Virus record (IMG/VR): IMGVR_UViG_3300010938_000024
Length of the DNA stretch: 64,000 nt
Reading direction: 5' to 3' (one strand)
Source: an uncultured virus (IMG/VR IMGVR_UViG_3300010938_000024)
Taxonomy: Duplodnaviria > Heunggongvirae > Uroviricota > Caudoviricetes
Shown here: positions 9,405-18,936 of the stretch, piece after piece
Numbering within the stretch: position 1 is the first letter of the stretch
Layout of the letters: each line of letters starts with the position of its first letter
Notes under the pieces: generated by a model
The model's database searches: none
What the model saw: only the letters and a program-made list of their open reading frames with translations
Told to the model about the DNA's origin: nothing
Made by a program: the position numbers and the translations under genes

Positions 9405-9981
9405 TCTCCAATAATTTCATCTGCTCTCTTCCCTTATTATCTTTTAATTCTTTGTATTTTTCAAGTCTAATCAAAGTAATAGCCTGAATTTCTACTGATG
9501 TAGGATTTTCAGGAAAACCATCCTGCTTAATCCTCTTAACTACAGGCTCTATAATTTTATAATTACCAAAAACATCAAGTTCCTTAGGAGAATAAATCTG
9601 ACCTTCTTCTTTAAAATTAACTTTTATAAATTCTATAACCTCCGGAGAATACTCCATATTAGGTCTTAATTTGTTTGCTACATAATTAGCAAAATAAATC
9701 TCTTCTATCATTAATTTCTGAACTTGATTGAAAAAAGCCTCTCTATCATTAAATACAACACAAACCTTCTCAAAAACATGAAAATGCTCCCAAAAATAAT
9801 CTATTTTATAAATCACTTTTAAAGCCATTATTTTGTCTTTAACCACTCTATCAAAAAAATAATTTAAAGAATTTAATTCTTTATAAATAGTTTCCGGAAT
9901 CCAAAGAATCCAACTACTCTTAAATAATTTATTTAAAAAATCATGTAGAACTAAAGGATGAATATCATCTGGAATAGTCAC
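9391..9981 (-). CDS. hypothetical protein (portal-adjacent)
   Basis: 196-aa ORF overlapping the portal start. Confidence 0.6.
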   Translation of the reverse strand: MTIPDDIHPLVLHDFLNKLFKSSWILWIPETIYKELNSLNYFFDRVVKDKIMALKVIYKIDYFWEHFHVFEKVCVVFNDREAFFNQVQKLMIEEIYFANYVANKLRPNMEYSPEVIEFIKVNFKEEGQIYSPKELDVFGNYKIIEPVVKRIKQDGFPENPTSVEIQAITLIRLEKYKELKDNKGREQMKLLEIENV

Positions 9982-9983
9982 TT

Positions 9984-11228
9984 TTATTTATATATTGAAG
10001 CCAATTTATCAAGTATCTTCCTATCATAAGGACTCATATTCTCAACTATTCCAGGGTCAATCATAATAGCATTTAATACATCTTCAGGAAATATTCTCCT
10101 AGCTATTGGATTAGAAGCCAGTTTTCTATAAGACACTTTAAGATTATTTCTATATTCAGGCTCTGCCTGCTTATAATAAGCTCCAAAAGTTAAATAGGGA
10201 TCTGGAATTCCTCTATCCCAAGATAAATATAAACCACTTTTTCTATCAAATTCCTCTAAAGCAGAAGCCAATTTGTTCAAATCATATCCCTCAGATGCTT
10301 TTTTATATATATATTTTAATAAAGTTATATCATTATATCTACCCGCATTGTCCAACTCTAAATACCTTGCATCAAAAGCTGTTTTTGTAAATGCATTAAA
10401 CCTTCTTTCTGCATAAAATCTAATAATATCAGGAACTATAAATTTGTCTTTAAATTTAGATGCTTTCTTGTATAAAATAGAACTTATCCTCATTCTTTCA
10501 TACGGAAATAAATTTTTATAAGTTCTTACAAATTTATCACAAGCTTCTTTTATCTGATTTAATCCCTCTTCTACATTCACACTTTCTGGAGATGTTGTAT
10601 CTCTGACTTTCTTTAAAGCATAACTTTTAGCTTGATCTAAAATATAAGGCTTTAGATAAACTTCATATTGCTTTGCAACTCTGGCTAAATTAAATGCAAA
10701 TCTTCCTTTTTCTTCTTCTGTCATTCCAGCTATAATATTCTGAAAATTAGTAGCATATCTCTTAACATCATCCTGCCCTGTAATAGGAAATCTCTTCTCA
10801 TCTTCTAAAACATACTGAGAAATCTCCGAAGTAGGAGAAGTAGGAGATGAAAGTTCATCAAAAACATTTGATATATTTTCATCTGAAACTGTTTCAGCTA
10901 TCTTTAAAATCAAATCTGGAACCTCTAATGAATACTTCTTTAAACTATTTTTTAAATTAACAGAAGCTACTTTCTGCGCTCCTTCTGGCAAATTCCTAAA
11001 AGTCTCTAAAAAATAATTCGCAGAAAGCCATGTAGAAGCTTTATCATATACAGGAAATTTCTTATGCACAGAACCATCAGAAGCTATTACAATCAATCCA
11101 AAACAATCATCATTTAAATCCTTCGGATCCTTCAATCTAAAATCTCTTATAAATTCAGGTAAAGTTCCACCCTTTGCTATTTTTAAAAATACTTTTCCAT
11201 CTATATCATCTGTAAAATCTACCAACAT
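9984..11228 (-). CDS. head-associated protein with DUF6582-like repeats and multiple K-x-A motifs
   Basis: FGL......KKFPVYD and VLEDEKRFPIT resemble the extein FAIPEERKYPIHD; seven K-x-A motifs. Confidence 0.55.
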   Translation of the reverse strand: MLVDFTDDIDGKVFLKIAKGGTLPEFIRDFRLKDPKDLNDDCFGLIVIASDGSVHKKFPVYDKASTWLSANYFLETFRNLPEGAQKVASVNLKNSLKKYSLEVPDLILKIAETVSDENISNVFDELSSPTSPTSEISQYVLEDEKRFPITGQDDVKRYATNFQNIIAGMTEEEKGRFAFNLARVAKQYEVYLKPYILDQAKSYALKKVRDTTSPESVNVEEGLNQIKEACDKFVRTYKNLFPYERMRISSILYKKASKFKDKFIVPDIIRFYAERRFNAFTKTAFDARYLELDNAGRYNDITLLKYIYKKASEGYDLNKLASALEEFDRKSGLYLSWDRGIPDPYLTFGAYYKQAEPEYRNNLKVSYRKLASNPIARRIFPEDVLNAIMIDPGIVENMSPYDRKILDKLASIYK

Positions 11229-11407
11229 CTTTTCGCTCCTTTAAATTTTTTGCCCATCCTGGGCTCTTTTCTATAATCTTTATATGCTGGAGAATCATTA
11301 TTATAATCATAATATCCACAAAAAAAACAATGATATGCTTCTGCATCATTAATATTTTCTGACACTATCAAAGTCTCCATCCTGGTTCCACACTTAGGAC
11401 ACTTCAT
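11219..11407 (-). CDS. small zinc-ribbon protein
   Basis: MKCPKCG...CFFCG. Confidence 0.6.
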   Translation of the reverse strand: MKCPKCGTRMETLIVSENINDAEAYHCFFCGYYDYNNDSPAYKDYRKEPRMGKKFKGAKRCW

Positions 11408-11766
11408 CTTACATAAGGAAACGGACTTATTCCAGGTAGAAACGGTCTTGAACCATCTCTACTCCTTAAAATATCTACAACCGTAGGAACTACAGGAATT
11501 AACAACGAACCTATCGCTAATATCGGAAGCAATTCATTATATACTCTGGCTCTAGCTACAGCTTTCCTTGCAATTTCAGGAGCTGCATATAAAGCCTTTT
11601 TTAATTCTCTTTGCCTTAAATAAGCTAGAGTTCCACCAGTTCCTAAACTAAGCAAAGCTCCTTTCACTAATTTATTTAATATTTCATTATATAATTCCTC
11701 CCCTGTTGGACTACGATAAGAATCTGGATACATCGGATACATAGGATATTGCGAAAATTTATACAT
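11404..11766 (-). CDS. hypothetical protein with hydrophobic segments
   Basis: 120-aa ORF, ATGA overlap with the next gene. Confidence 0.55.
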   Translation of the reverse strand: MYKFSQYPMYPMYPDSYRSPTGEELYNEILNKLVKGALLSLGTGGTLAYLRQRELKKALYAAPEIARKAVARARVYNELLPILAIGSLLIPVVPTVVDILRSRDGSRPFLPGISPFPYVR

Positions 11767-11944
11767 TCGTTGTCCTTATTAAATCATCTAAAAGCTTTAT
11801 ATTCCTCTCTATCTCTCTATACAACTGCCTAATAGATAAATTCTTAGGTGCTTTTCCATTATTAGAATTATTCTTATTCACATCATCTCCATTATGCTTA
11901 TTATTCCTATTAAATATCTTTTTTAAAAACTCCATACAAAATTA

Positions 11945-12208
11945 TTAACTCCTTCTCTTTTTATTTACTAAATTATATATCTCATCAATTCTATTATTCA
12001 ATGTCTTCAAATTATCACTAGTAGATTGCATAAACTGAGTAAATTTATTCATATATTCAAGAACTTTATTTCCTAAATATTTAGCAAAAAAATAAAGCAC
12101 AGAAAATACAAGAGTAGGAGAAAATAATTGACTTAAAAATTTATTAAATTCTTCGTTTGCCCAATCCATCTTATCTTTTATTATACTATCCTCTTTTGAC
12201 AAAATCAA
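11945..12208 (-). CDS. small membrane/coiled-coil protein (lysis-cassette region)
   Basis: One hydrophobic segment followed by a coiled coil. Confidence 0.5.
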   Translation of the reverse strand: MILSKEDSIIKDKMDWANEEFNKFLSQLFSPTLVFSVLYFFAKYLGNKVLEYMNKFTQFMQSTSDNLKTLNNRIDEIYNLVNKKRRS

Positions 12209-12213
12209 CTCCT

Positions 12214-12642
12214 TTAATTTATTTCATCACTTCCACCAAAAAATTCATTTGGCAATAAACTACAACAATCTGTTTCTTTAAAATTATTTACCTGCTCTAA
12301 AAAAATCCCATTATCATTTTTTATAATCCTATACTCAGAAATTAAAGGAACTGCATTAATAACCGAAAATACAGATATTATAGCTAACTTTTTTTCTTCT
12401 TCTTGATTCTGGTCAATATATTCCGCTTCACAAACAAAATAAACTGACTGCAATCCATTTTTAATTTCTTCCCTAACTATATTTTTAAATAAATTTAAAC
12501 CCTCTGAATCCGTAAATAATAAAGGAAAAAATTTTTTGTAATTCTTAAAAAATAAAATAGCCATAGGTATTAAATACCCAAACTTTGGATACATTGAAAC
12601 TACTTGCTCTTGAAACATTTTTGCTTCTTCTAAGTGCGTCAA
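12214..12642 (-). CDS. hypothetical protein
   Basis: 142-aa ORF with GGAGG SD. Confidence 0.55.
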   Translation of the reverse strand: MTHLEEAKMFQEQVVSMYPKFGYLIPMAILFFKNYKKFFPLLFTDSEGLNLFKNIVREEIKNGLQSVYFVCEAEYIDQNQEEEKKLAIISVFSVINAVPLISEYRIIKNDNGIFLEQVNNFKETDCCSLLPNEFFGGSDEIN

Positions 12643-12712
12643 TCTGTTCCTCCAATTTTAATTTTTAATAAATTCTCTTTTAATTTCTTTTGTTTCTTTT
12701 TCTTTTTTTTCT

Positions 12713-13459
12713 TCACCATAAATAAACCTCCATTTGTCCTCCCACATATCCTCTACTCAAAACCGTAGAACCTGCAGAAACCCCTAAACCTAAATTCTTC
12801 AAAATCCTGTAATGTAAATTTCCTCCAATCCTACTATCCTTAAAATCATTAAAATCAACTATAAATTGAACACCAATTCCTACAGGAATTCTAAATATTT
12901 TTTTCAAATTTAAAATTTCTAAACCAAAACCTAAACCTTCATGTAAATATATATCTAAATCTGCAGATATAGACCCTCTTAAAGATACCAATTTATTTTC
13001 TTCTGCCTCCATAGTCTCTAAATAAGTATCTATAATTTTTTTCCTAAAATCATTCTTCAATTCTAAATTACCAGGAACATCATCTAAACAATTATCATCT
13101 GAAAATCTCCATAAATCATTTTCTACAGTAACAGGCTTAGAATAATTTTCAAAACATACTTTACATTCCGCAGGCACTTCCTTCACAACTTCTACAACTT
13201 CACCAGATTTACTTTTATATTTCCTAATCCAGTATGTAGTAATTTCTCTCTCTTTGTTTATATCTTTTAAAGCCTTATCTAATCTACTGGACAAATCAGC
13301 TATCTCCTTTTCTTTATCTGAATAAGATACCTGCAAATTATTATACGCTCCTACTAATTTTCTATATTTTAAATAATTGTTAATTACATAATAAATTAAA
13401 AATACAACGATTATTAATACAACAGAATAAATTATTTTATTAAATAAACTCATTTGCAA
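12713..13459 (-). CDS. spanin-like protein
   Basis: N-terminal TM helix, coiled coil, C-terminal amphipathic beta strands ending in an aromatic residue; follows the endolysin. Confidence 0.5.
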   Translation of the reverse strand: MQMSLFNKIIYSVVLIIVVFLIYYVINNYLKYRKLVGAYNNLQVSYSDKEKEIADLSSRLDKALKDINKEREITTYWIRKYKSKSGEVVEVVKEVPAECKVCFENYSKPVTVENDLWRFSDDNCLDDVPGNLELKNDFRKKIIDTYLETMEAEENKLVSLRGSISADLDIYLHEGLGFGLEILNLKKIFRIPVGIGVQFIVDFNDFKDSRIGGNLHYRILKNLGLGVSAGSTVLSRGYVGGQMEVYLW

Positions 13460-14001
13460 TCACAATGCACACAATTATTTGCTCTTTCTAAAACAATTTT
13501 TAAAATTCCTAAATTCTTATCCTGACCCATAGCATAAGATATAATTTCTAATTCATCATTAATACCATTAATACCTCCTCCTATATCAAAAGCTTTACCA
13601 AAAAAATGAGGAGAAGGATTTATTACCTGCCCTTTCTTATTAACTCCGTTTTTATAATAATCCTCCAAACAAACAGCTGCATAAGGAGGATTTATTATAA
13701 CTCCTAAATTCAATAACCTACTCCAAGATTTCTGCCAGCAATAATACTCACCAATTTTTTTATCTACATCCCAATCTGTAGATACAGGAACTCCATATTT
13801 AATACAATAATCCACAATTATAGAAAGCTGCTTTTCAGGAGTTCTAACAATACTCGTTACAATTGCTTCATGATTGTATTGCTTAAAATATTTGTCTAAT
13901 TTACAAATTACCACATCTGTTACTTTAGATCTTACAACATCCTTTCCTAATGTCAAAAATTCGTTTTTCTCTGGATTATAATCTTTAGACAGAATTCCCA
14001 T
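13450..14001 (-). CDS. endolysin, peptidase M15-like
   Basis: TS..R...Q, S.H..G.A.D and terminal H.D Zn-binding motifs. Confidence 0.75.
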   Translation of the reverse strand: MGILSKDYNPEKNEFLTLGKDVVRSKVTDVVICKLDKYFKQYNHEAIVTSIVRTPEKQLSIIVDYCIKYGVPVSTDWDVDKKIGEYYCWQKSWSRLLNLGVIINPPYAAVCLEDYYKNGVNKKGQVINPSPHFFGKAFDIGGGINGINDELEIISYAMGQDKNLGILKIVLERANNCVHCDCK

Positions 14002-14353
14002 TACTTTCCTCCAACTTCTGAAATGTAATCTTTTTTAAATATATCTTAACCCAAGGATAAGCCCAAATAGCAGACACCCCTATCAAAAAACCATAACTGC
14101 CATTCTTAATTATATCTCCCACCGCTTCTTTCCATCCCTTATCTAAATTAATCCCATGCAAAATCAAATTCGCAAATATAGCTATTAACACAGGTAATAA
14201 TTTGCACATCACTACATCCCAAACAGAATCTTTTAAAACATTCATAGATTTAACCACTGATTTTAAAATCTCAGTGGCAAACCAAACAGGCAATACCACT
14301 AACACTGGAATATTACTAACAATCCATTCTGTTATTTTTAAAACATCTTCCAC
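13985..14353 (-). CDS. holin-like membrane protein
   Basis: Three hydrophobic segments, upstream of the endolysin; start moved to GTG 14353 because a TTGACT-16-TATAAT promoter overlaps the ORF-track start. Confidence 0.6.
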   Translation of the reverse strand: MEDVLKITEWIVSNIPVLVVLPVWFATEILKSVVKSMNVLKDSVWDVVMCKLLPVLIAIFANLILHGINLDKGWKEAVGDIIKNGSYGFLIGVSAIWAYPWVKIYLKKITFQKLEESNGNSV

Positions 14354-14510
14354 AACTATTATTATACACACAAAAAAATAAAAGTCAAGAAAATTTGCAA
14401 AAAAAATTATTTTTTAAAAAATTCCTCCCCTGCCAAAGGGGAAGGCAGGGAGGCTGCTGGAAAGACGCATTTATCTTTTCCAAATTTCTTATAATAAAAT
14501 TTTTAAAATC

Positions 14511-14582
14511 AAAAAAAAAGGGAGCTCCTGATTTTCATCAGGAAACTCCCCAACCACTGGAGGTAAAAATATGAAAAAACTA
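14511..14582 (-). ncRNA. candidate anti-RBS small RNA 2
   Basis: TTGACA-17-TATAAT (14617-14589); body UUUUUUCAUAUUUUUACCUCC; GAAA-loop hairpin followed by U9. Confidence 0.55.
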
Positions 14583-14755
14583 ATTTCAATTATACATAGT
14601 TTTATTAATTTTGTCAATTGCTATTAACAAATCACTAACCTCACTCCCCAAATTATTAATCCCCTCAAAATATTTTATAACTTCTATTAAATCCGGCAAT
14701 TCTATAATCTCACCATCCATTTCCAAATTTAATTCTTTTTCCTTTTTCATAATTT

Positions 14756-14962
14756 CTACTCCATTACTACCACTACAATAGCTGACATTCGGAATCTCAA
14801 CTTACAAGATTCACAATTACAATCTGCATATATCCAACCATTTTCATATTCAAATCTCAGTATAACCCAATTATCTGAATGGCATTTAGGACATTTTATT
14901 TCAAAACTTTGCCATTCAACATTTACCGGTTCCAACACTTTCTTATCTTTATGTCTTTTCAT
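14756..14962 (-). CDS. small zinc-ribbon protein
   Basis: CPKC...CESC. Confidence 0.55.
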   Translation of the reverse strand: MKRHKDKKVLEPVNVEWQSFEIKCPKCHSDNWVILRFEYENGWIYADCNCESCKLRFRMSAIVVVVME

Positions 14963-15097
14963 TTCAAAACTCCAGAAACTTAATTATTTCCTTCAATCGC
15001 TTTTTATTAACATTCAGTTCCGTAAAAAAACTTACATCAGAACCTTTCTCAAACACATTAACATCAAAATCATTTTTATTATATTCATCTACAATCA

Positions 15098-15811
15098 TTA
15101 AATTCTTATCTTTGTCTTTAATTTCAATAGTCCGCACTTAACCCTCCATTTAATTTTTTCAAATAAACTTTTATTTCTATAATCTAAATACTTCACAACT
15201 TCCTTCCCCGCAGATGATAAATAACTACAATCCTTTACAACCAAACCAGGACAGGAATTTATCTCTAATACTAAATACTTATTACCACATTTAACCAAAT
15301 CTATCCCCACAATTTCAACTTTAAAAACTTTATAAATCTTTTTAGAAATAATTTTAACCTGCTTCGGTATATGTTCAATTCTTTTAAATACAGCATCATT
15401 TCTAATTCTTCCATAATATCCACTAAATTCTTTCTTGTATAAACATATAACTTTTCCATAAACTGATACAACTCTATATTCTTCATCAAACTCAACTCTG
15501 GGAAGAATTATAGCAGGACCTTTTATTTCAGAATTTCCTACATAAACCGCTTTGTAAAAAGGGGGTTTCTTTATATAAGAATCTTCCACAATCTCAGATT
15601 CCCCCTCTCCAATAATCCTAAACTCTATACAAGGAATTTTCTCCCACTTTATCAAATTATACATAAATTCTTTATCTCTTATTCTATAATTAAAATTATT
15701 TATTACAGTTCTGGAAGATATAATAAAATTCCCTCCCCAATTCCAATCAAATTGAGGAAATCTCTCAGATAAAATATACCCTGTCTTATGATTATACGGA
15801 TTTATTAACAT
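15098..15811 (-). CDS. RimK-like ATP-grasp protein
   Basis: EYRV, GIDL....YLVLEINSCPG. Confidence 0.8.
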   Translation of the reverse strand: MLINPYNHKTGYILSERFPQFDWNWGGNFIISSRTVINNFNYRIRDKEFMYNLIKWEKIPCIEFRIIGEGESEIVEDSYIKKPPFYKAVYVGNSEIKGPAIILPRVEFDEEYRVVSVYGKVICLYKKEFSGYYGRIRNDAVFKRIEHIPKQVKIISKKIYKVFKVEIVGIDLVKCGNKYLVLEINSCPGLVVKDCSYLSSAGKEVVKYLDYRNKSLFEKIKWRVKCGLLKLKTKIRI

Positions 15812-15919
15812 ATTTTATCTCCAAACTTGAAATTAAACCCAGCATTTTATTATAATATAAATAACTTTCCATTCCATGCCTTCCCCATAAACCCTTAGAG
15901 AGGGATGAATAATCCCTCT

Positions 15920-16393
15920 CTAAATTTTTTTTAACCCCAATATATTATTTACAAATTCTATATCCTTCTTTTTAAAAACTACACTACAATATTTCCTCTG
16001 AACTAAACCAACTGGATCCACTTTCTCAAATCCAGTTAAATAAGACATAATCGCTAATCCAACCCCTACTACCCCATGCCCATCTTTATTCATAAATAAT
16101 ACATAATTATTATCTATACCCCTTAAATCCTCAAGAAAATCATTCCACCACTGAAAATTCAAAACCGATAAATCCTTGCCTACATTAACCTTAATCCTCT
16201 TATAACTTATATAACTCCTCTCCAACTTTAAACCTTCTACCTGAACTAAAGGATTTAAATTACAACCAAAATCAACTAATACCATATTGCTAAAATCCCA
16301 AACCCCATTTTTTGTTTCCCCAGCTCCATAAAACTCCAACTTAGAACCAGGATCCCTAAAAATAAATATATTGCCAGTATGACATAACATCAT
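15920..16393 (-). CDS. hypothetical protein, possibly a degenerate protein-tyrosine-phosphatase fold
   Basis: LFMNKDGHGVVG resembles CxxGxGRTG without Cys and Arg; downstream V...YC. Confidence 0.4.
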   Translation of the reverse strand: MMLCHTGNIFIFRDPGSKLEFYGAGETKNGVWDFSNMVLVDFGCNLNPLVQVEGLKLERSYISYKRIKVNVGKDLSVLNFQWWNDFLEDLRGIDNNYVLFMNKDGHGVVGVGLAIMSYLTGFEKVDPVGLVQRKYCSVVFKKKDIEFVNNILGLKKI

Positions 16394-16420
16394 AACCTCC
16401 TTATTAAAAAAAATTTTTCA

Positions 16421-16816
16421 ATCGTTGTACTGTACATGTACAACCAAAAACCCATCGTTGTACATGTACAACCAAGAACTCATCGTTGTACATGTACAAC
16501 GATATGCCTCTGGTTGTTACTAGTACAGTACAATATACTAGAACCGGTAGCTGTATAATCTAAGTACAAAAAGTAGTACGTAGTTAAGTAGTTAAGCAGT
16601 ACGTAGTACTTCTTTTCTTTGTACACTTTCTTTTCTTTAGCATTTGCTAACTATTAGCAAATGCTAACTACTTAACTACTAACTACTTAACTACTAACTA
16701 CTAACTACTAACTACTAACTACTAACTACTTAACTACTAACTACTAACTACTAACTACTTAACTACTAACTGCTTAACTACTTTTTTGGTACTTGGATAC
16801 AGTTACCGATTCCAGT
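16421..16816. repeat. palindromes, tandem repeats and long inverted repeat; putative replication origin
   Basis: 3x GTTGTACATGTACAAC-type palindromes (28-bp period, first copy imperfect), (CTACTAA/CTACTTAA)n 16668-16781, imperfect IR arms 16537-16600 and 16769-16816. Confidence 0.75.
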
Positions 16817-16838
16817 CTATTTTAGTAGTTATTTAGTT

Positions 16839-16880
16839 CCTTTAAACAACCAGCACCGGTGGGGTGCTGGTTGATAAAGG
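16839..16880 (-). terminator. stem-loop, probable terminator
   Basis: CAACCAGCACC/GGTGCTGGTTG stem downstream of the amidoligase gene. Confidence 0.6.
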
Positions 16881-16904
16881 AGATAGAATTTAGTAACTCT
16901 ATTT

Positions 16905-18518
16905 TTATAAGAAAATATTAAAGAATCCTAGTAGATAGGAGTTTATGTGATTAGTAATCCCTTTTATTATATTTTCTTTGTATTTATTAAACTCTTCTAT
17001 ATTCATTCTTACAGAATAAGGGAGTCCTATGTTACGATAGTTATCATATTCTATTAATTCAAATCCTTCTATTTTTATATTACTAACTAATCCTCTTGAA
17101 TTCTTAAACCCAAATATTGTAATAGGGGTAGGGATTACTTTGTTTGGTATTGTATATATTTTAATTAATTCATCTTCTAAAGTTTGTTTAATTTCATATA
17201 AAAAGCTATCTCTATTATTAAATAAAATTTCTATTAAGCAATTTGTATAAATAGGTTCTATCCATCTACTTATAAATAATTCATCTCTGCTTGTTTTTAT
17301 TGTTTCTATCATAGAATACATATAATCTAATTCTTCTTTATTTAATTCCCCCAAGGATATATAATCTTTTTCACTTGGGGGATCATTATATTCCAGAGTA
17401 GAGTTATAAATATAATTTTTTACTAAATTATGTACTAATTTATATATTATATAAGTTAATTTTGGATCATATAAATATGCTGATGGTATAGTTCTGTATT
17501 CAAATCCATGAGGTTTATATTCATAAGCCATTCTTTTGGCATAATCTCCTCTGGCTGAACCATTTAAACAGCAGAATATTCCTAAAAAATCATCTATATA
17601 TTTAATTATATTTGGATTTTTTATAATTTGATCATCTACTTTAGCCCCTACATGAATATGCCCTCCTAAAGAGAAATGGTCTCCTTTTACAGAAATATTG
17701 TAATTTTTTAAAGTTTTATGTGCAATAGTCAACAAATTTTTAATATTATCTACCACTTCTTCAGGGGAACCTGGGTTAGGTCTTAGCTCTAACTGAGCTC
17801 CAGACCCATCTATCCCTATACTCCCACATTCATGTCCAATACTTTCATATTCATGAGAAATAGTAGATATTATTCTTTCTGCAGAGATTACTCCTCTATC
17901 ATTAAATAATTCAAACTCTGGATCTCCCCCTAGAGTTATTTTTACATTTTTAATTTCTCTAGGTTCTCTAACCAGTTCTTTAAATATAGTCTTTATTTCT
18001 GGTAGAATTAATTCTAAAAACTGTGCTGAATTTCTATCATGACTCCAGTCAGAAGCAAATAGAAAATTAATCTCTGGATAATATATTCCTATTAAAGCAT
18101 TTCCTGGAGCATTTGATATATTTTCTTTATCATAATATAGTAAATACCCAATATTTATTTTTGGGTCTTTTACAAATGGAATATTAAAATAACTAAATAT
18201 ATCTTTATTATCAAATAAATAATTATCTGTAAGTTCATTTTTGTTACCTGTATTCCACTCAAAAAATACATATTTATCATTTACATTAAAACCTTGTTTC
18301 TTTATAATAATATTTTCAAATTTTGCAGAATATAATTTTTCCACTGTACTAAAAAACAGAGCTGTATTTGAAATTTCTCCTTTATAGAAATTAAAATGAC
18401 TTCTCATCTTTTCAAAATTGTCACATAATATATCTGCTACAAGATACAAACACTCATTGTTATTAAAATCAGGCATAAAATATTTTTTATACCCTCTCAT
18501 TTGTATTTTTTTTCCCAT
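16905..18518 (-). CDS. phiEco32-like COOH-NH2 ligase (amidoligase) 1
   Basis: LGGDPEF, IG.DG....ELRP.P, GGHIHVG, KPHGFEYRT. Confidence 0.85.
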   Translation of the reverse strand: MGKKIQMRGYKKYFMPDFNNNECLYLVADILCDNFEKMRSHFNFYKGEISNTALFFSTVEKLYSAKFENIIIKKQGFNVNDKYVFFEWNTGNKNELTDNYLFDNKDIFSYFNIPFVKDPKINIGYLLYYDKENISNAPGNALIGIYYPEINFLFASDWSHDRNSAQFLELILPEIKTIFKELVREPREIKNVKITLGGDPEFELFNDRGVISAERIISTISHEYESIGHECGSIGIDGSGAQLELRPNPGSPEEVVDNIKNLLTIAHKTLKNYNISVKGDHFSLGGHIHVGAKVDDQIIKNPNIIKYIDDFLGIFCCLNGSARGDYAKRMAYEYKPHGFEYRTIPSAYLYDPKLTYIIYKLVHNLVKNYIYNSTLEYNDPPSEKDYISLGELNKEELDYMYSMIETIKTSRDELFISRWIEPIYTNCLIEILFNNRDSFLYEIKQTLEDELIKIYTIPNKVIPTPITIFGFKNSRGLVSNIKIEGFELIEYDNYRNIGLPYSVRMNIEEFNKYKENIIKGITNHINSYLLGFFNIFL

Positions 18519-18810
18519 TTTTAACCTCCAGTTTTTTTAAAATTTCTTCATACAAACTAGCTGCTTTCTCTCCAATTGCATTATCACTATCATTTTTCAA
18601 AATCAAATGAGAAAGCTCATGCGCTAAAGATTGAACTACTTCATTTTCACTCTTATTTTTATTTAAATTTATTACTATCTCAACAGGGTCTTTTCCCCTG
18701 TCTATAATTGCAGCTCTTAATTCATCTGCTACATTCGTAGATCCATATATCTGAACCGACCTTCCTAATATCTCAGAACAAATTTTTCTTAATTTCTTCC
18801 ATCTTACCAT
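18487..18810 (-). CDS. small HExxH metallopeptidase-like protein
   Basis: SLAHELSH. Confidence 0.55.
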   Translation of the reverse strand: MVRWKKLRKICSEILGRSVQIYGSTNVADELRAAIIDRGKDPVEIVINLNKNKSENEVVQSLAHELSHLILKNDSDNAIGEKAASLYEEILKKLEVKNGKKNTNERV

Positions 18811-18936
18811 TTTTCTACCTCCTTTTTGTGATAGATTTGCCCTTCTTTTTAAAGTTTTTTAAAGGGGGTATATTACCCCCTTGCCCACCTAAAAAACTCT
18901 TTACCTGGATTAACCTGGGTAGAAATCCACCCTGTT

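Noticed and set aside
16421..16503. CRISPR-like mini-array
   Set aside because: Spacers are only about 8-12 nt and similar to each other; no cas operon
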